Positions 53,067-61,164 of a stretch of DNA of 64,000 bases are shown one piece after another (within the stretch, counting starts at the first letter, position 1; the number at the start of each line of letters is the position of its first letter). A program made the position numbers and the translations under genes. This stretch comes from Marine Group III euryarchaeote CG-Epi1 (lineage in GTDB: Archaea; Thermoplasmatota; Poseidoniia; MGIII; CG-Epi1): contig MIZA01000022.1 of assembly GCA_001875345.1 (NCBI GenBank), forward strand, positions 838-64,837, in the 5' to 3' direction. The notes under the pieces were generated by a model that did not search any database, was not told the origin of the DNA, and saw only the letters and a list, made by a program, of their open reading frames with translations.

Positions 53067-53879
53067 ATGGCTAAAAAAGACGTAACAAAACCAATCAGCC
53101 TAGACCCCCGCGGAGGACGTCCTAGAGAAAAATGTGTGACGTACATCGAGGGAATTGACCGTATTTTAAACGGTGGACTTCCAATTGGAAATATTGTATT
53201 ATTGGCCGGAACTGTGGGTTCAGGAAAAACTACTTTGGCTATGGAATATTTGATTAACGGAGCTAAAAATGGAGAAACATGCTGTTACATCTCGGTCACT
53301 GAGCCTTCGTCAAAGATGTTATCAAACTTGCAGACCTATGGATTCTTCGACGATGCTTTGGTTAAAGATGGTCGATTAAATATTTTTGATTTAACAGTTA
53401 TTAACGATCGATTAGGTGTAGAAAGGCTTGATGGTACTTATTCATCAAAAGATATGGAAGCTTTACTAGGTGCATTCGAAGATATCGTAGATGAACTTGG
53501 TGTTACAAGACTAGTCATTGATTCTATTACTGCAATTTGTTATCAATTACCTGACAAGGGAAGTATTCGTAATTTCATATTTAGATTAAGTCAGTTTTTG
53601 AGTACTTTCGGATGTACTACTATGCTAATTTCAGAAACGGTGGTTGATTCCAATACTCAAACATATTCTATTTTTGGAGTGGAAGAAGCTGTTGCAGATG
53701 GTGTAATTCTTATGGGTAACATCATACGCCAAGGTGATTTGTTGAGAAGTTTACAAGTTGTAAAAATGCGAGGGACTAAACACTCTCGTGCCAGACATCT
53801 TATTGAGTTAACTCCAGTTGGCTTAGCTGTTGTTCCTCTTCTCAAGTGGGGTCAAGACGGAGGACAGGCGTTTACATGA
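53067..53879 (+). CDS. KaiC/RadA-like single-domain ATPase (intact Walker A)
   Basis: 270 aa. IEGIDRILNGGLPIGNIVLLAGTVGSGKTTLAMEYL, Walker B-like TRLVIDS, TMLISE, and C-terminal QVVKMRGTKHS, all typical of KaiC-family domains. Confidence 0.8.
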   Translation: MAKKDVTKPISLDPRGGRPREKCVTYIEGIDRILNGGLPIGNIVLLAGTVGSGKTTLAMEYLINGAKNGETCCYISVTEPSSKMLSNLQTYGFFDDALVKDGRLNIFDLTVINDRLGVERLDGTYSSKDMEALLGAFEDIVDELGVTRLVIDSITAICYQLPDKGSIRNFIFRLSQFLSTFGCTTMLISETVVDSNTQTYSIFGVEEAVADGVILMGNIIRQGDLLRSLQVVKMRGTKHSRARHLIELTPVGLAVVPLLKWGQDGGQAFT

Positions 53880-54433
53880 GCATCAAAGATACTGCTCAAT
53901 CTATTATCAAAAGTATCAACGGTGGGGACACATTAACTAGTATTAGTTTAAGCGCTGAAAATTTTCATGAAGACACGGTAAAGTTAGTTTCAGTATTGGT
54001 TGGTAAAAAATTAGGAGGAATCTACGTTACTACTTCTAGACCTTCCTCACATATTAGAGCTGAACTAGAAGAAGCTGGAGCTGATTTATCTGACTTATAT
54101 TTTGTTGATCTTGTATCTATGACTGTCGGTGGAAACACCTCTGATGCTCGAACTTTATTCATTGAATCCCCAACTATGTTAGAATCTATTCTTTTGAATA
54201 TCACTCTTTTAGAAAGGCGTCTAAAATCAAAAAGGCGTTTTGTAATGTTTGACTCTGTAAATGGACTCAGTATTTATTCCGAACCAAAAGTTTTGAGAGA
54301 ATTTATTAACGTTTTAGGAAATTCTATGAGGATTAAAGAAATTTACAGTATGTTAATGACTGTTAAAGAACAAACTGACGAGGAATTATCGTCTGCATTA
54401 AATTTATTATCTGATAAAATGATAGGAGAATAA
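53876..54433 (+). CDS. KaiC-like pseudo-ATPase lacking a P-loop
   Basis: 185 aa from the ATG that overlaps the upstream TGA (ATGA). It aligns with its neighbour (GGIYVTTSRPSSHIRAELEEAG vs CCYISVTEPSSKMLSNLQTYG; RRFVMFDSVNGL vs TRLVIDSITAI) but has no GxxxxGK[ST]. Confidence 0.6.
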   Translation: MSIKDTAQSIIKSINGGDTLTSISLSAENFHEDTVKLVSVLVGKKLGGIYVTTSRPSSHIRAELEEAGADLSDLYFVDLVSMTVGGNTSDARTLFIESPTMLESILLNITLLERRLKSKRRFVMFDSVNGLSIYSEPKVLREFINVLGNSMRIKEIYSMLMTVKEQTDEELSSALNLLSDKMIGE

Positions 54434-54435
54434 GT

Positions 54436-55200
54436 ATGGCTGAAAAAATAGTTTCAACTGGAATCGAGCGTTTAGACGAGGCATTAATCAATGGAGAAGG
54501 TGTCGTATTGGGTAGTTCTATCTTGATAGAAGGTAGTTCAGGTTCTGGAAAAGAGTTATTATCGAAACAATTTGCTTCGGCAGGCGTTGGATCTGAAACT
54601 GTTGTTTATTTTTCAACTGATGAAACATCAGATGAGCTTATCGATGTCTTTGAACAATACAGGTGGGCTACTGACTTACGTATTGTCAATGTAGGGACCC
54701 AATACTTTGAAAAGGTTCTATCTCGTGAACTACAAGCTTCACGTTTCAAACAAGAAGGTCTTTCTGTCTCTGAACTTAGAAATTTAGGATCTTATGGTTC
54801 AACCTCTGATCAAATTAATTTCGTTGCAGATATGACCTATGAAATTTCAAAATTAAAATCACCTTTCCGTGTTGTTATTGACTCTTTAGATTTCTTTTTA
54901 CAATACTACAACCCTCTCGAGGTATTGTCTGCTGTAAGAACAATTAAGGAATATGCACAGGCGAATGGTGGAACTGTAATGTATACCATTTCTGAAGGTG
55001 CCCATGAACATAAAATTCACAGCCAGCTTGAAGCTATTTGTGACTTAGTTATTCAACTAGAAGTCGGAAGAATGGCTGCAGAGTTTGAAAACCGTTTAAT
55101 TATCAAAAAGATACGAAATCATCCTGAGAAAGCTGCTGTTATGATTTATGCTGTAACAGATAGTGGACTAACCCCAGAAATGATTACACGTGTTGCTTGA
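54436..55200 (+). CDS. KaiC/RecA-like protein with degenerate Walker A (GSSGSGKE)
   Basis: 254 aa. TGIERLDEALINGEGVVLGSSILIEGSSGSGKELLSKQF, FRVVIDSLD, and C-terminal IIKKIRNHP in place of the KMRG motif. Starts 2 nt after the previous gene. Confidence 0.7.
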   Translation: MAEKIVSTGIERLDEALINGEGVVLGSSILIEGSSGSGKELLSKQFASAGVGSETVVYFSTDETSDELIDVFEQYRWATDLRIVNVGTQYFEKVLSRELQASRFKQEGLSVSELRNLGSYGSTSDQINFVADMTYEISKLKSPFRVVIDSLDFFLQYYNPLEVLSAVRTIKEYAQANGGTVMYTISEGAHEHKIHSQLEAICDLVIQLEVGRMAAEFENRLIIKKIRNHPEKAAVMIYAVTDSGLTPEMITRVA

Positions 55201-55216
55201 TGGTTAAGTAATTAAG

Positions 55217-56101
55217 TTGAACGACTCCCAAATTACGGAATCACAGAAGAAAGGGACTGAAGTATTCTACAGATTGCCCAAATGGCTCTCAATTTCTGTA
55301 AAACTTCTAAATCTAATTTCGACAAAATTAACTACAAGGTTCCTTTGGAACGTATTCACAAAACCGCTAGACTTTAGAATGCAAGATGTTGAAAATAAGT
55401 TTTACAAGGAACATACCTCTATCGATTTTTTCTCAGAAACTGCCAATAAAACTGTTAAAATTTATAATGTAAAAGGAAAAGGCTCTAAGATTCTGTTTGT
55501 CCACGGATGGAGTAGTAGAGCTAGTAAATTTCATAAGATCATTAGTGAGTTTAAATCTAAGAATTTTGATATTACAGCAGTTGACATGCCTGCTCATGGC
55601 CAATCTTTGTCAAAAAGAAGCCACTTACCTGAATTTTGTGACGTTGTTTACGACCTATCAAAGAATAATGGGCCGTATGATACTATAATTGGTCATTCAA
55701 TAGGGGCGGTTGCCGCACTAAATGCTGTAAAAATGGGTCAAAATTTTAGAAATATTGTTCTTATTAGCCCAGGAGCGTACAAAATTGAACCCATTTTTAG
55801 AAATTTTGTCTCTCTTTTTGGATTATCGGAGGACTTTTATGTCAAAAGTATGTTCGATTCCTTTGAAGCTAAGGATGGTCGAAAACCTCCAAACTATGGG
55901 CCAGATAAATTCGCTACAGAAATCGAATCAAGATGCCTTATCATTCATTCTGAAGACGACGCGCAAGCTAACCCCAAAGTTGCCGAAAAAATTCATGAAG
56001 ATATTAAAAATAGTAAATTAATGATGGCTACAAATTTGGGTCATATGAGAACGCTAACTGATGATAAAGTCATTGAAACTATAGAAGAGTTTATTTCATG
56101 A
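55217..56101 (+). CDS. Alpha/beta-fold hydrolase
   Basis: 294 aa, TTG start. HGWSSRASKF, nucleophile elbow GHSIGA, C-terminal GHMRTL (His). Confidence 0.75.
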   Translation: MNDSQITESQKKGTEVFYRLPKWLSISVKLLNLISTKLTTRFLWNVFTKPLDFRMQDVENKFYKEHTSIDFFSETANKTVKIYNVKGKGSKILFVHGWSSRASKFHKIISEFKSKNFDITAVDMPAHGQSLSKRSHLPEFCDVVYDLSKNNGPYDTIIGHSIGAVAALNAVKMGQNFRNIVLISPGAYKIEPIFRNFVSLFGLSEDFYVKSMFDSFEAKDGRKPPNYGPDKFATEIESRCLIIHSEDDAQANPKVAEKIHEDIKNSKLMMATNLGHMRTLTDDKVIETIEEFIS

Positions 56102-57408
56102 TGAAAATAATTCTATCGTTAATTACTGTTTTAACTCTTGCAATGTCTGGTTGTACCGGGCCCGGGAATTTTTTTGATGAAGATAAACCTGTAGAAGAGC
56201 CATATGTATTTGATTTGACTTTGGAGGACATGTGGAATGACATTCCGATAAATCAAACGTCTACTTCAGACATACTAAATTGGACATATGAATTTAGTAA
56301 AAGTCCTCGGGTAACGAATTTAACAGAAATAGGCTATAGTATGAACGGTCAGCCGTTACTACTCGTAGAATTTGGCGATTATGATCCTAACATTCCTACC
56401 GTTTATTTTGTAGCTGCCCAGCACGGTAACGAACCTGCGTCGGTAGATTCAGCATATTTACTTGCTAGACATTTTGCTAGAGGAGTTCCAGAAGAAGTGG
56501 ATCCTATTCTAGAAAAAATCAATCTGGCCGTATTTGTTATGGTAAATCCAGACGGTAGAGATGCTGGTTCACGAGGAAATGCAAACGGCACTGACTTGAA
56601 TCGAGATCATATGAAACTATTGGAACCTGAAGGGATTATTATGCAAAAAGCATTTCAAAAAATTCACCCCTCTGTGACTGTAGATATGCATGAATTTGGA
56701 GGCGCAGGAACAATAATTTTTCAAGTTGCAGCTCCTCAAAACCCTACAACTCATCCGGACGTGTTAGCAGCTTCATATGTTTTAGAAACTGACGTTATTG
56801 AAGCTGTCAATGAAGAATGGGGGTTTGGGAGTGTTACCAATTATCCGCCAACTACTAGTTCTCAAGACTCAAGTATTCATCGAAACCATTTTGCAGTCCA
56901 TGGGTCTGTAAGTTTACTATTTGAATCTGCCGTTTCCGAAGAATATTCTGAGAGAGTAAGGCTTCAGAGTTGGGCTGCAATTGCAGTTATAGACGAAGTG
57001 GTGGATGATCCTGGATATTATCTAGATGCAAGACAGTCTTCAGACGAAGAAGGCCAAGAGGGTAATGATATTGTACATGCTTATTTGTTTGAATGTAATG
57101 ACCCTGCAACTAAAGAAACTCTTCGAATTTTAAAAGATCACGGATTCAAAGTTGGCTACAAATCTGGTGATGAAAGTGTAACTTCCATACATTATGAAAC
57201 ATTTCTACCAATGACAAATTTTCCAAATGGAACTGCGTTAGTTCCGATGGATCAAATTGGATGGAGAATGATCAGTGAGCTAATGGAATATACTTCAACT
57301 AAAGATCAGCATTACACTAATTCTCCTAAAGATAGAGGCCAAGATGCGTGGAGGGCGCTGGAATCTGTCAATTATGAGATTGATAATGATGTATGTAAAA
57401 TTGAATAG
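56098..57408 (+). CDS. M14-family zinc carboxypeptidase, lipoprotein-type signal
   Basis: 436 aa. Signal with LAMSGC. QHGNEPAS (HxxE zinc site), VNPDGRD, DLNRDH, DMHEFG. Confidence 0.8.
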   Translation: MMKIILSLITVLTLAMSGCTGPGNFFDEDKPVEEPYVFDLTLEDMWNDIPINQTSTSDILNWTYEFSKSPRVTNLTEIGYSMNGQPLLLVEFGDYDPNIPTVYFVAAQHGNEPASVDSAYLLARHFARGVPEEVDPILEKINLAVFVMVNPDGRDAGSRGNANGTDLNRDHMKLLEPEGIIMQKAFQKIHPSVTVDMHEFGGAGTIIFQVAAPQNPTTHPDVLAASYVLETDVIEAVNEEWGFGSVTNYPPTTSSQDSSIHRNHFAVHGSVSLLFESAVSEEYSERVRLQSWAAIAVIDEVVDDPGYYLDARQSSDEEGQEGNDIVHAYLFECNDPATKETLRILKDHGFKVGYKSGDESVTSIHYETFLPMTNFPNGTALVPMDQIGWRMISELMEYTSTKDQHYTNSPKDRGQDAWRALESVNYEIDNDVCKIE

Positions 57409-57443
57409 ATAGGGCTTAAATAACGCAGATATCGTCAAATCTT

Positions 57444-57848
57444 ATGGAAGAAAGTCTAGCTTTACTTATTGTTGGCGGAGTTTTATCATTTATGGGTGTT
57501 ATGATGAATGCTATACCTGTGAAATTTGATGAGGATATCTTAGGCGCACTAGGTGCTCTCGAAAGTGATGCAAGTGAAAAAGAAAGAACACTTAGGAATT
57601 TCATTGCGCAGCTTAGGATTGTCATAGGTGGTTTGGCTCTTACTCTTGGATTCATTGCAATTTACAATAGAGATTTACCAACTGGAGATGCAGAAAATTT
57701 ACTGGTTTCTATGGGCGTTGGATTTATTTTAACAATGGGAATAATTGTTTCGGGATTATTTAGAGGATTTGTAGACAGGCTCATAGTTCCTCCTATGGTT
57801 ATTTTTAGTGTATTAAGTGCAATTTGTTTTTACGCCGGATTAATGTAA
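57444..57848 (+). CDS. Hypothetical membrane protein
   Basis: 134 aa, 4 hydrophobic segments. Confidence 0.5.
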   Translation: MEESLALLIVGGVLSFMGVMMNAIPVKFDEDILGALGALESDASEKERTLRNFIAQLRIVIGGLALTLGFIAIYNRDLPTGDAENLLVSMGVGFILTMGIIVSGLFRGFVDRLIVPPMVIFSVLSAICFYAGLM

Positions 57849-57852
57849 ACTA

Positions 57853-58560
57853 ATGGTTTTACCTCCTAAAGATCACCCAAGATACAAATCGCTTCTAGCT
57901 CGTGAAAAGTTAGTTGACGCTTCCGAATTTGTAGCTAAACAAGGATTAATCGCTCACGGCAGAGGAGAAGCTTTTGACTATTTGCTGGGTGAACAAACTT
58001 GTTTACCGGCATTAAGTGCCATTAAAGCTGCATCTTCTGCTTTGATTGAAGCTAAAAATCCGGTTATTTCTGTAAACGGAAATGTTGTCGCATTAGCTGC
58101 AAGGGAAGTGGCGAGACTTTCCGAAATAAGTGGAGCAAAAGTCGAAGTTAACTTGTTTCATAGAACTCCAGAGAGAGTCGCTGGACTGACCAAAATGATG
58201 AAAAAAGTGGGAATTGATGCTCTTGGTGTAAATGCAGATGATAAAATTCCTGGATTAAGTTCAGAAAGGGCCAAATGTTGCTCTGACGGAATTGGTTCTG
58301 CAGACGTTGTCCTCGTTCCATTAGAGGACGGAGATCGCTGTGAAGCATTAGTGAAAATGGGGAAAAAAGTGATCACCATAGATTTGAATCCTCTATCAAG
58401 AACGGCCCAAACGGCTCACATTACTATTGTCGATGAATTAACTCGATGTTTGCCTTTACTTTCTGATTTTGTTAAAGAAAAAAACGGTTTAGATTCTTTC
58501 AATAACAAACAGTGCCTTACAGATGTTCTAAACTATATGGCTGAGAGAATAAGTTCATGA
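57853..58560 (+). CDS. Archaeal 4-phosphopantoate--beta-alanine ligase (phosphopantothenate synthetase, COG1701-like)
   Basis: 235 aa. [16 protein letters not shown]...[19 protein letters not shown] matches my recollection of the archaeal PPS family signature. Needs confirmation by HMM search. Confidence 0.7.
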   Translation: MVLPPKDHPRYKSLLAREKLVDASEFVAKQGLIAHGRGEAFDYLLGEQTCLPALSAIKAASSALIEAKNPVISVNGNVVALAAREVARLSEISGAKVEVNLFHRTPERVAGLTKMMKKVGIDALGVNADDKIPGLSSERAKCCSDGIGSADVVLVPLEDGDRCEALVKMGKKVITIDLNPLSRTAQTAHITIVDELTRCLPLLSDFVKEKNGLDSFNNKQCLTDVLNYMAERISS

Positions 58561-59534
58561 GTGTTCTGAATATTTTATTTGTTGGAAGTGATGAAGTTGC
58601 GCGTTCAATTGCAAAAAAATCTGACTCTAGAGATGTAGACAATTATATTTACAAAGATTTGAAAGAAGGAGGGTTATTTTCAACAATTTCAATATTAAGG
58701 CCAAATAATTATCCTGATAAGCCTAAGCCATTCTTTACCTCCCTTACTGTTTCAGATTTTGGAATAATTGAAATTAACAAAGTTGACGGTGTTTTTGGTG
58801 AAGTTATAGTTTCAATGGCTTCTGCTGGAATTAAAGAAGGTCTTGTCATTCTGAATGCTTCAGAAGGAGAATGGGTCGATGATTCTCAAGTTAAAGCCTT
58901 GTTACAACAGGCTGGACTTTCTAACTGGGAATTTATTGAAAATGATGGCATCCTGATAAGGGAAAAGCTAATTGAAGTTCTGAATCAAATTAAACCAAAT
59001 GAAGATGAAGGTTTTGTGGTGGCAGTTGATCAGGCCTTTACTGTGAAAGGTGTTGGACTAGTTGCTATCGGCCATGTACAATCTGGAAAAGTCAATAAAC
59101 ATGATGAATTGATTCTGGCCGGCTCAGAAGGCAATGCGATTGCTCGCTCTTTGCAAGTAATGGACTTAGACGTTGAGGTGGCAAACGTAGGTGATAGAGT
59201 TGGTTTAGCAATGAGAACTGCTGGACCATTTAGAGAAGATTTGTTGGGTAAAGGATCAATTTTAGCAGATTCCAATGAAAGATTTACTGTCGAATCAAAA
59301 TCCAAATTTAAATTAGATAAAGCTGCATTTCAAAAAAATGATTTGGCTAAAGGCGATGTTATACATCTTTGTTGTGATTTGCAATTCGTTGTCGGTAGAA
59401 TCTCTGAAGTTAGTGATTTTATTCATATTGATTGGGATTTTCCCATAGTATTGAATAAGACATCTAAGAGAAATCCTCTAATTGTACAACTAGAAGCCAA
59501 TCCTAGAATTATGGGTTTTGCTAAATTCAATTAG
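58557..59534 (+). CDS. EF-Tu/SelB-like protein with degenerate G domain
   Basis: 325 aa. Domain-II beta-barrel signature [32 protein letters not shown]...[10 protein letters not shown]. The N-terminal domain has [16 protein letters not shown] where the GxxxxGK[ST] P-loop should be. ATGA overlap with the PPS gene. Confidence 0.7.
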   Translation: MSVLNILFVGSDEVARSIAKKSDSRDVDNYIYKDLKEGGLFSTISILRPNNYPDKPKPFFTSLTVSDFGIIEINKVDGVFGEVIVSMASAGIKEGLVILNASEGEWVDDSQVKALLQQAGLSNWEFIENDGILIREKLIEVLNQIKPNEDEGFVVAVDQAFTVKGVGLVAIGHVQSGKVNKHDELILAGSEGNAIARSLQVMDLDVEVANVGDRVGLAMRTAGPFREDLLGKGSILADSNERFTVESKSKFKLDKAAFQKNDLAKGDVIHLCCDLQFVVGRISEVSDFIHIDWDFPIVLNKTSKRNPLIVQLEANPRIMGFAKFN

Positions 59535-59571
59535 CTTTAAAACCCTGCATCGGGTAATTAATCGGTGTGTT

Positions 59572-60228
59572 ATGAACAATAGGTTAATTTTTAGAGCAGT
59601 TGCATTTACGCTAGCTTTTTACTTTTTTGTTAGAAACATTATCTATGGTTCCTATGTTATTCAGATTGAAGGAGCTACTTGGGGAGGAGGTTTACGATTT
59701 CTAACAAATTGGAATTTATTGTTAAATTTTATAATTGCAACATGTGCGTTAGTGAATGAAAGAGATCGTAACTTTATTTCTTACTATTTTCTCCTACCTG
59801 GGTCGATGGTCCTTAATGTCTTGGTATTCTTACTATACTGGTTAATCCGATTATTTGGAGGGTTTGGAGTTCAAACTGAAGACTGGAGTATTTTCCAAAT
59901 TCTAAGTGACTACTATGCACATTTCGGAACCTCTGCGTTTTTATTCTACGAAGTAATACTTTACTCTAAAGCTTTCAAAAACCCATCAAAAGAATTACCT
60001 GTTTTTGCAGGCATTTTCATTGGATATATCACATGGATGGAATTTTTCGTTCAAATCAATAATACCGCTCCATGTGGAGCTGTCTCGTGTGGTTTTCCAT
60101 ATGAATTTTTAAACGATTTAGATTACATTGGAAGATTGATTTTCTACGGTATTGTACTGTTTATGGGTGTTTCATCGTGGATTGGATGTAAGAAATTAGT
60201 CAAAGGTCCTGGCCATTCTTTATTTTAG
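59572..60228 (+). CDS. Polytopic membrane protein (Pr6Pr/FAR-17a/AIG1-like)
   Basis: 218 aa from the ATG at 59572; the earlier start in the ORF track overlaps the upstream gene. 6 TM segments. The LRFLTNWNLLLNF motif resembles the FAR-17a/AIG1 family. Confidence 0.55.
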   Translation: MNNRLIFRAVAFTLAFYFFVRNIIYGSYVIQIEGATWGGGLRFLTNWNLLLNFIIATCALVNERDRNFISYYFLLPGSMVLNVLVFLLYWLIRLFGGFGVQTEDWSIFQILSDYYAHFGTSAFLFYEVILYSKAFKNPSKELPVFAGIFIGYITWMEFFVQINNTAPCGAVSCGFPYEFLNDLDYIGRLIFYGIVLFMGVSSWIGCKKLVKGPGHSLF

Positions 60229-60924
60229 ATTATAAGCTATAATCTCTTCCCAACTATCTGGTTTAGCGGGCCAACCGTCAGTCATATATGTGTAAAATTT
60301 CTTTATGTCTTTTACTTGTAGTGCTTCGTTGTTTTTCATTTCCTTAGATATTGTAGAAAATGTGTCTTCGGAATCGATTGCGTGGACGGCTCCAACATGA
60401 TTAGGATAAACTTTTGTTTCTCCGGGTAATTTCTCTAATTTTCTTAAGCTATTGTAAAGCATCTCTGTTTTTTCACGAGGATCTCCCCCTAAATCAATCC
60501 TACCTACATCTCCTATAAACAAACAATCTCCAGATAATAAATTACCTTCGACTAAGTAGCAATTGTGATCATACGTGTGTCCTGGTGTGTAAAGCACTTC
60601 TAACTCTGCATTACCAATTTTTAAAATGTCTCCATCTTTAGTATTGATTTTTTTACCTTTATATTTTGTCATTTCACTTTTTACTACTCCATCCAATCCA
60701 TTTTCTCCAGCGAAATAACTTGATGCGGATTTACGATCTGCATGAGTATGAGTATCGATTACATACTTTACAATCGGGAATCCTAACCTTTTAAGCTCTT
60801 CATGAATATCTTCTTCAAATCCTTCAAATGAATCAATAATAGCGCATTCTCTTTTTTTCTTACAAACAACTACGTAACTCACACAACCTGTATCTCCAAG
60901 AATTAGTTGGGAAATGTGAACCAT
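60220..60924 (-). CDS. MBL-fold metallo-hydrolase (glyoxalase II/ETHE1-like)
   Basis: 234 aa from MVHISQLILGDTGCVSYVV. THTHADR (HxHxDH variant), TPGHT, GDCLFIGDVGR. The upstream extension in the ORF track is Cys/Tyr/Phe-rich and unlikely to be coding. Confidence 0.8.
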   Translation of the reverse strand: MVHISQLILGDTGCVSYVVVCKKKRECAIIDSFEGFEEDIHEELKRLGFPIVKYVIDTHTHADRKSASSYFAGENGLDGVVKSEMTKYKGKKINTKDGDILKIGNAELEVLYTPGHTYDHNCYLVEGNLLSGDCLFIGDVGRIDLGGDPREKTEMLYNSLRKLEKLPGETKVYPNHVGAVHAIDSEDTFSTISKEMKNNEALQVKDIKKFYTYMTDGWPAKPDSWEEIIAYNLK

Positions 60925-61164
60925 ACAACAATAAAAATAGAAAGGTATATAATATAATAAGTCACATACACCTTTATTTCCACTGGAACTAATAAACAAT
61001 TCGACGGATTATTTTGACATTTTTGTTTTACGTTAAAAAGATGTTTTATTTTGCAGTGGAAATGATGGTCTCCCTCTGTAGACTAATTATTTCACGTTTT
61101 CAATACCTTTAAATAATTGGCTACCGGTAAAACTATACTTACTGCTTAGCAGTAAAGGTGAAAA

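Noticed and set aside
60220-60228. 9-nt overlap of the convergent 3' ends of the membrane protein and the MBL hydrolase.
   Set aside because: Short convergent overlaps are common in compact genomes, and no additional structure or signal was seen.
60925-60999. N-terminal 25-aa extension of the MBL hydrolase ORF, and the 59518 start of the neighbouring membrane protein.
   Set aside because: The extensions are Cys/Tyr/Phe-rich or overlap the upstream gene. The internal ATGs (60924 and 59572) give canonical N-termini.
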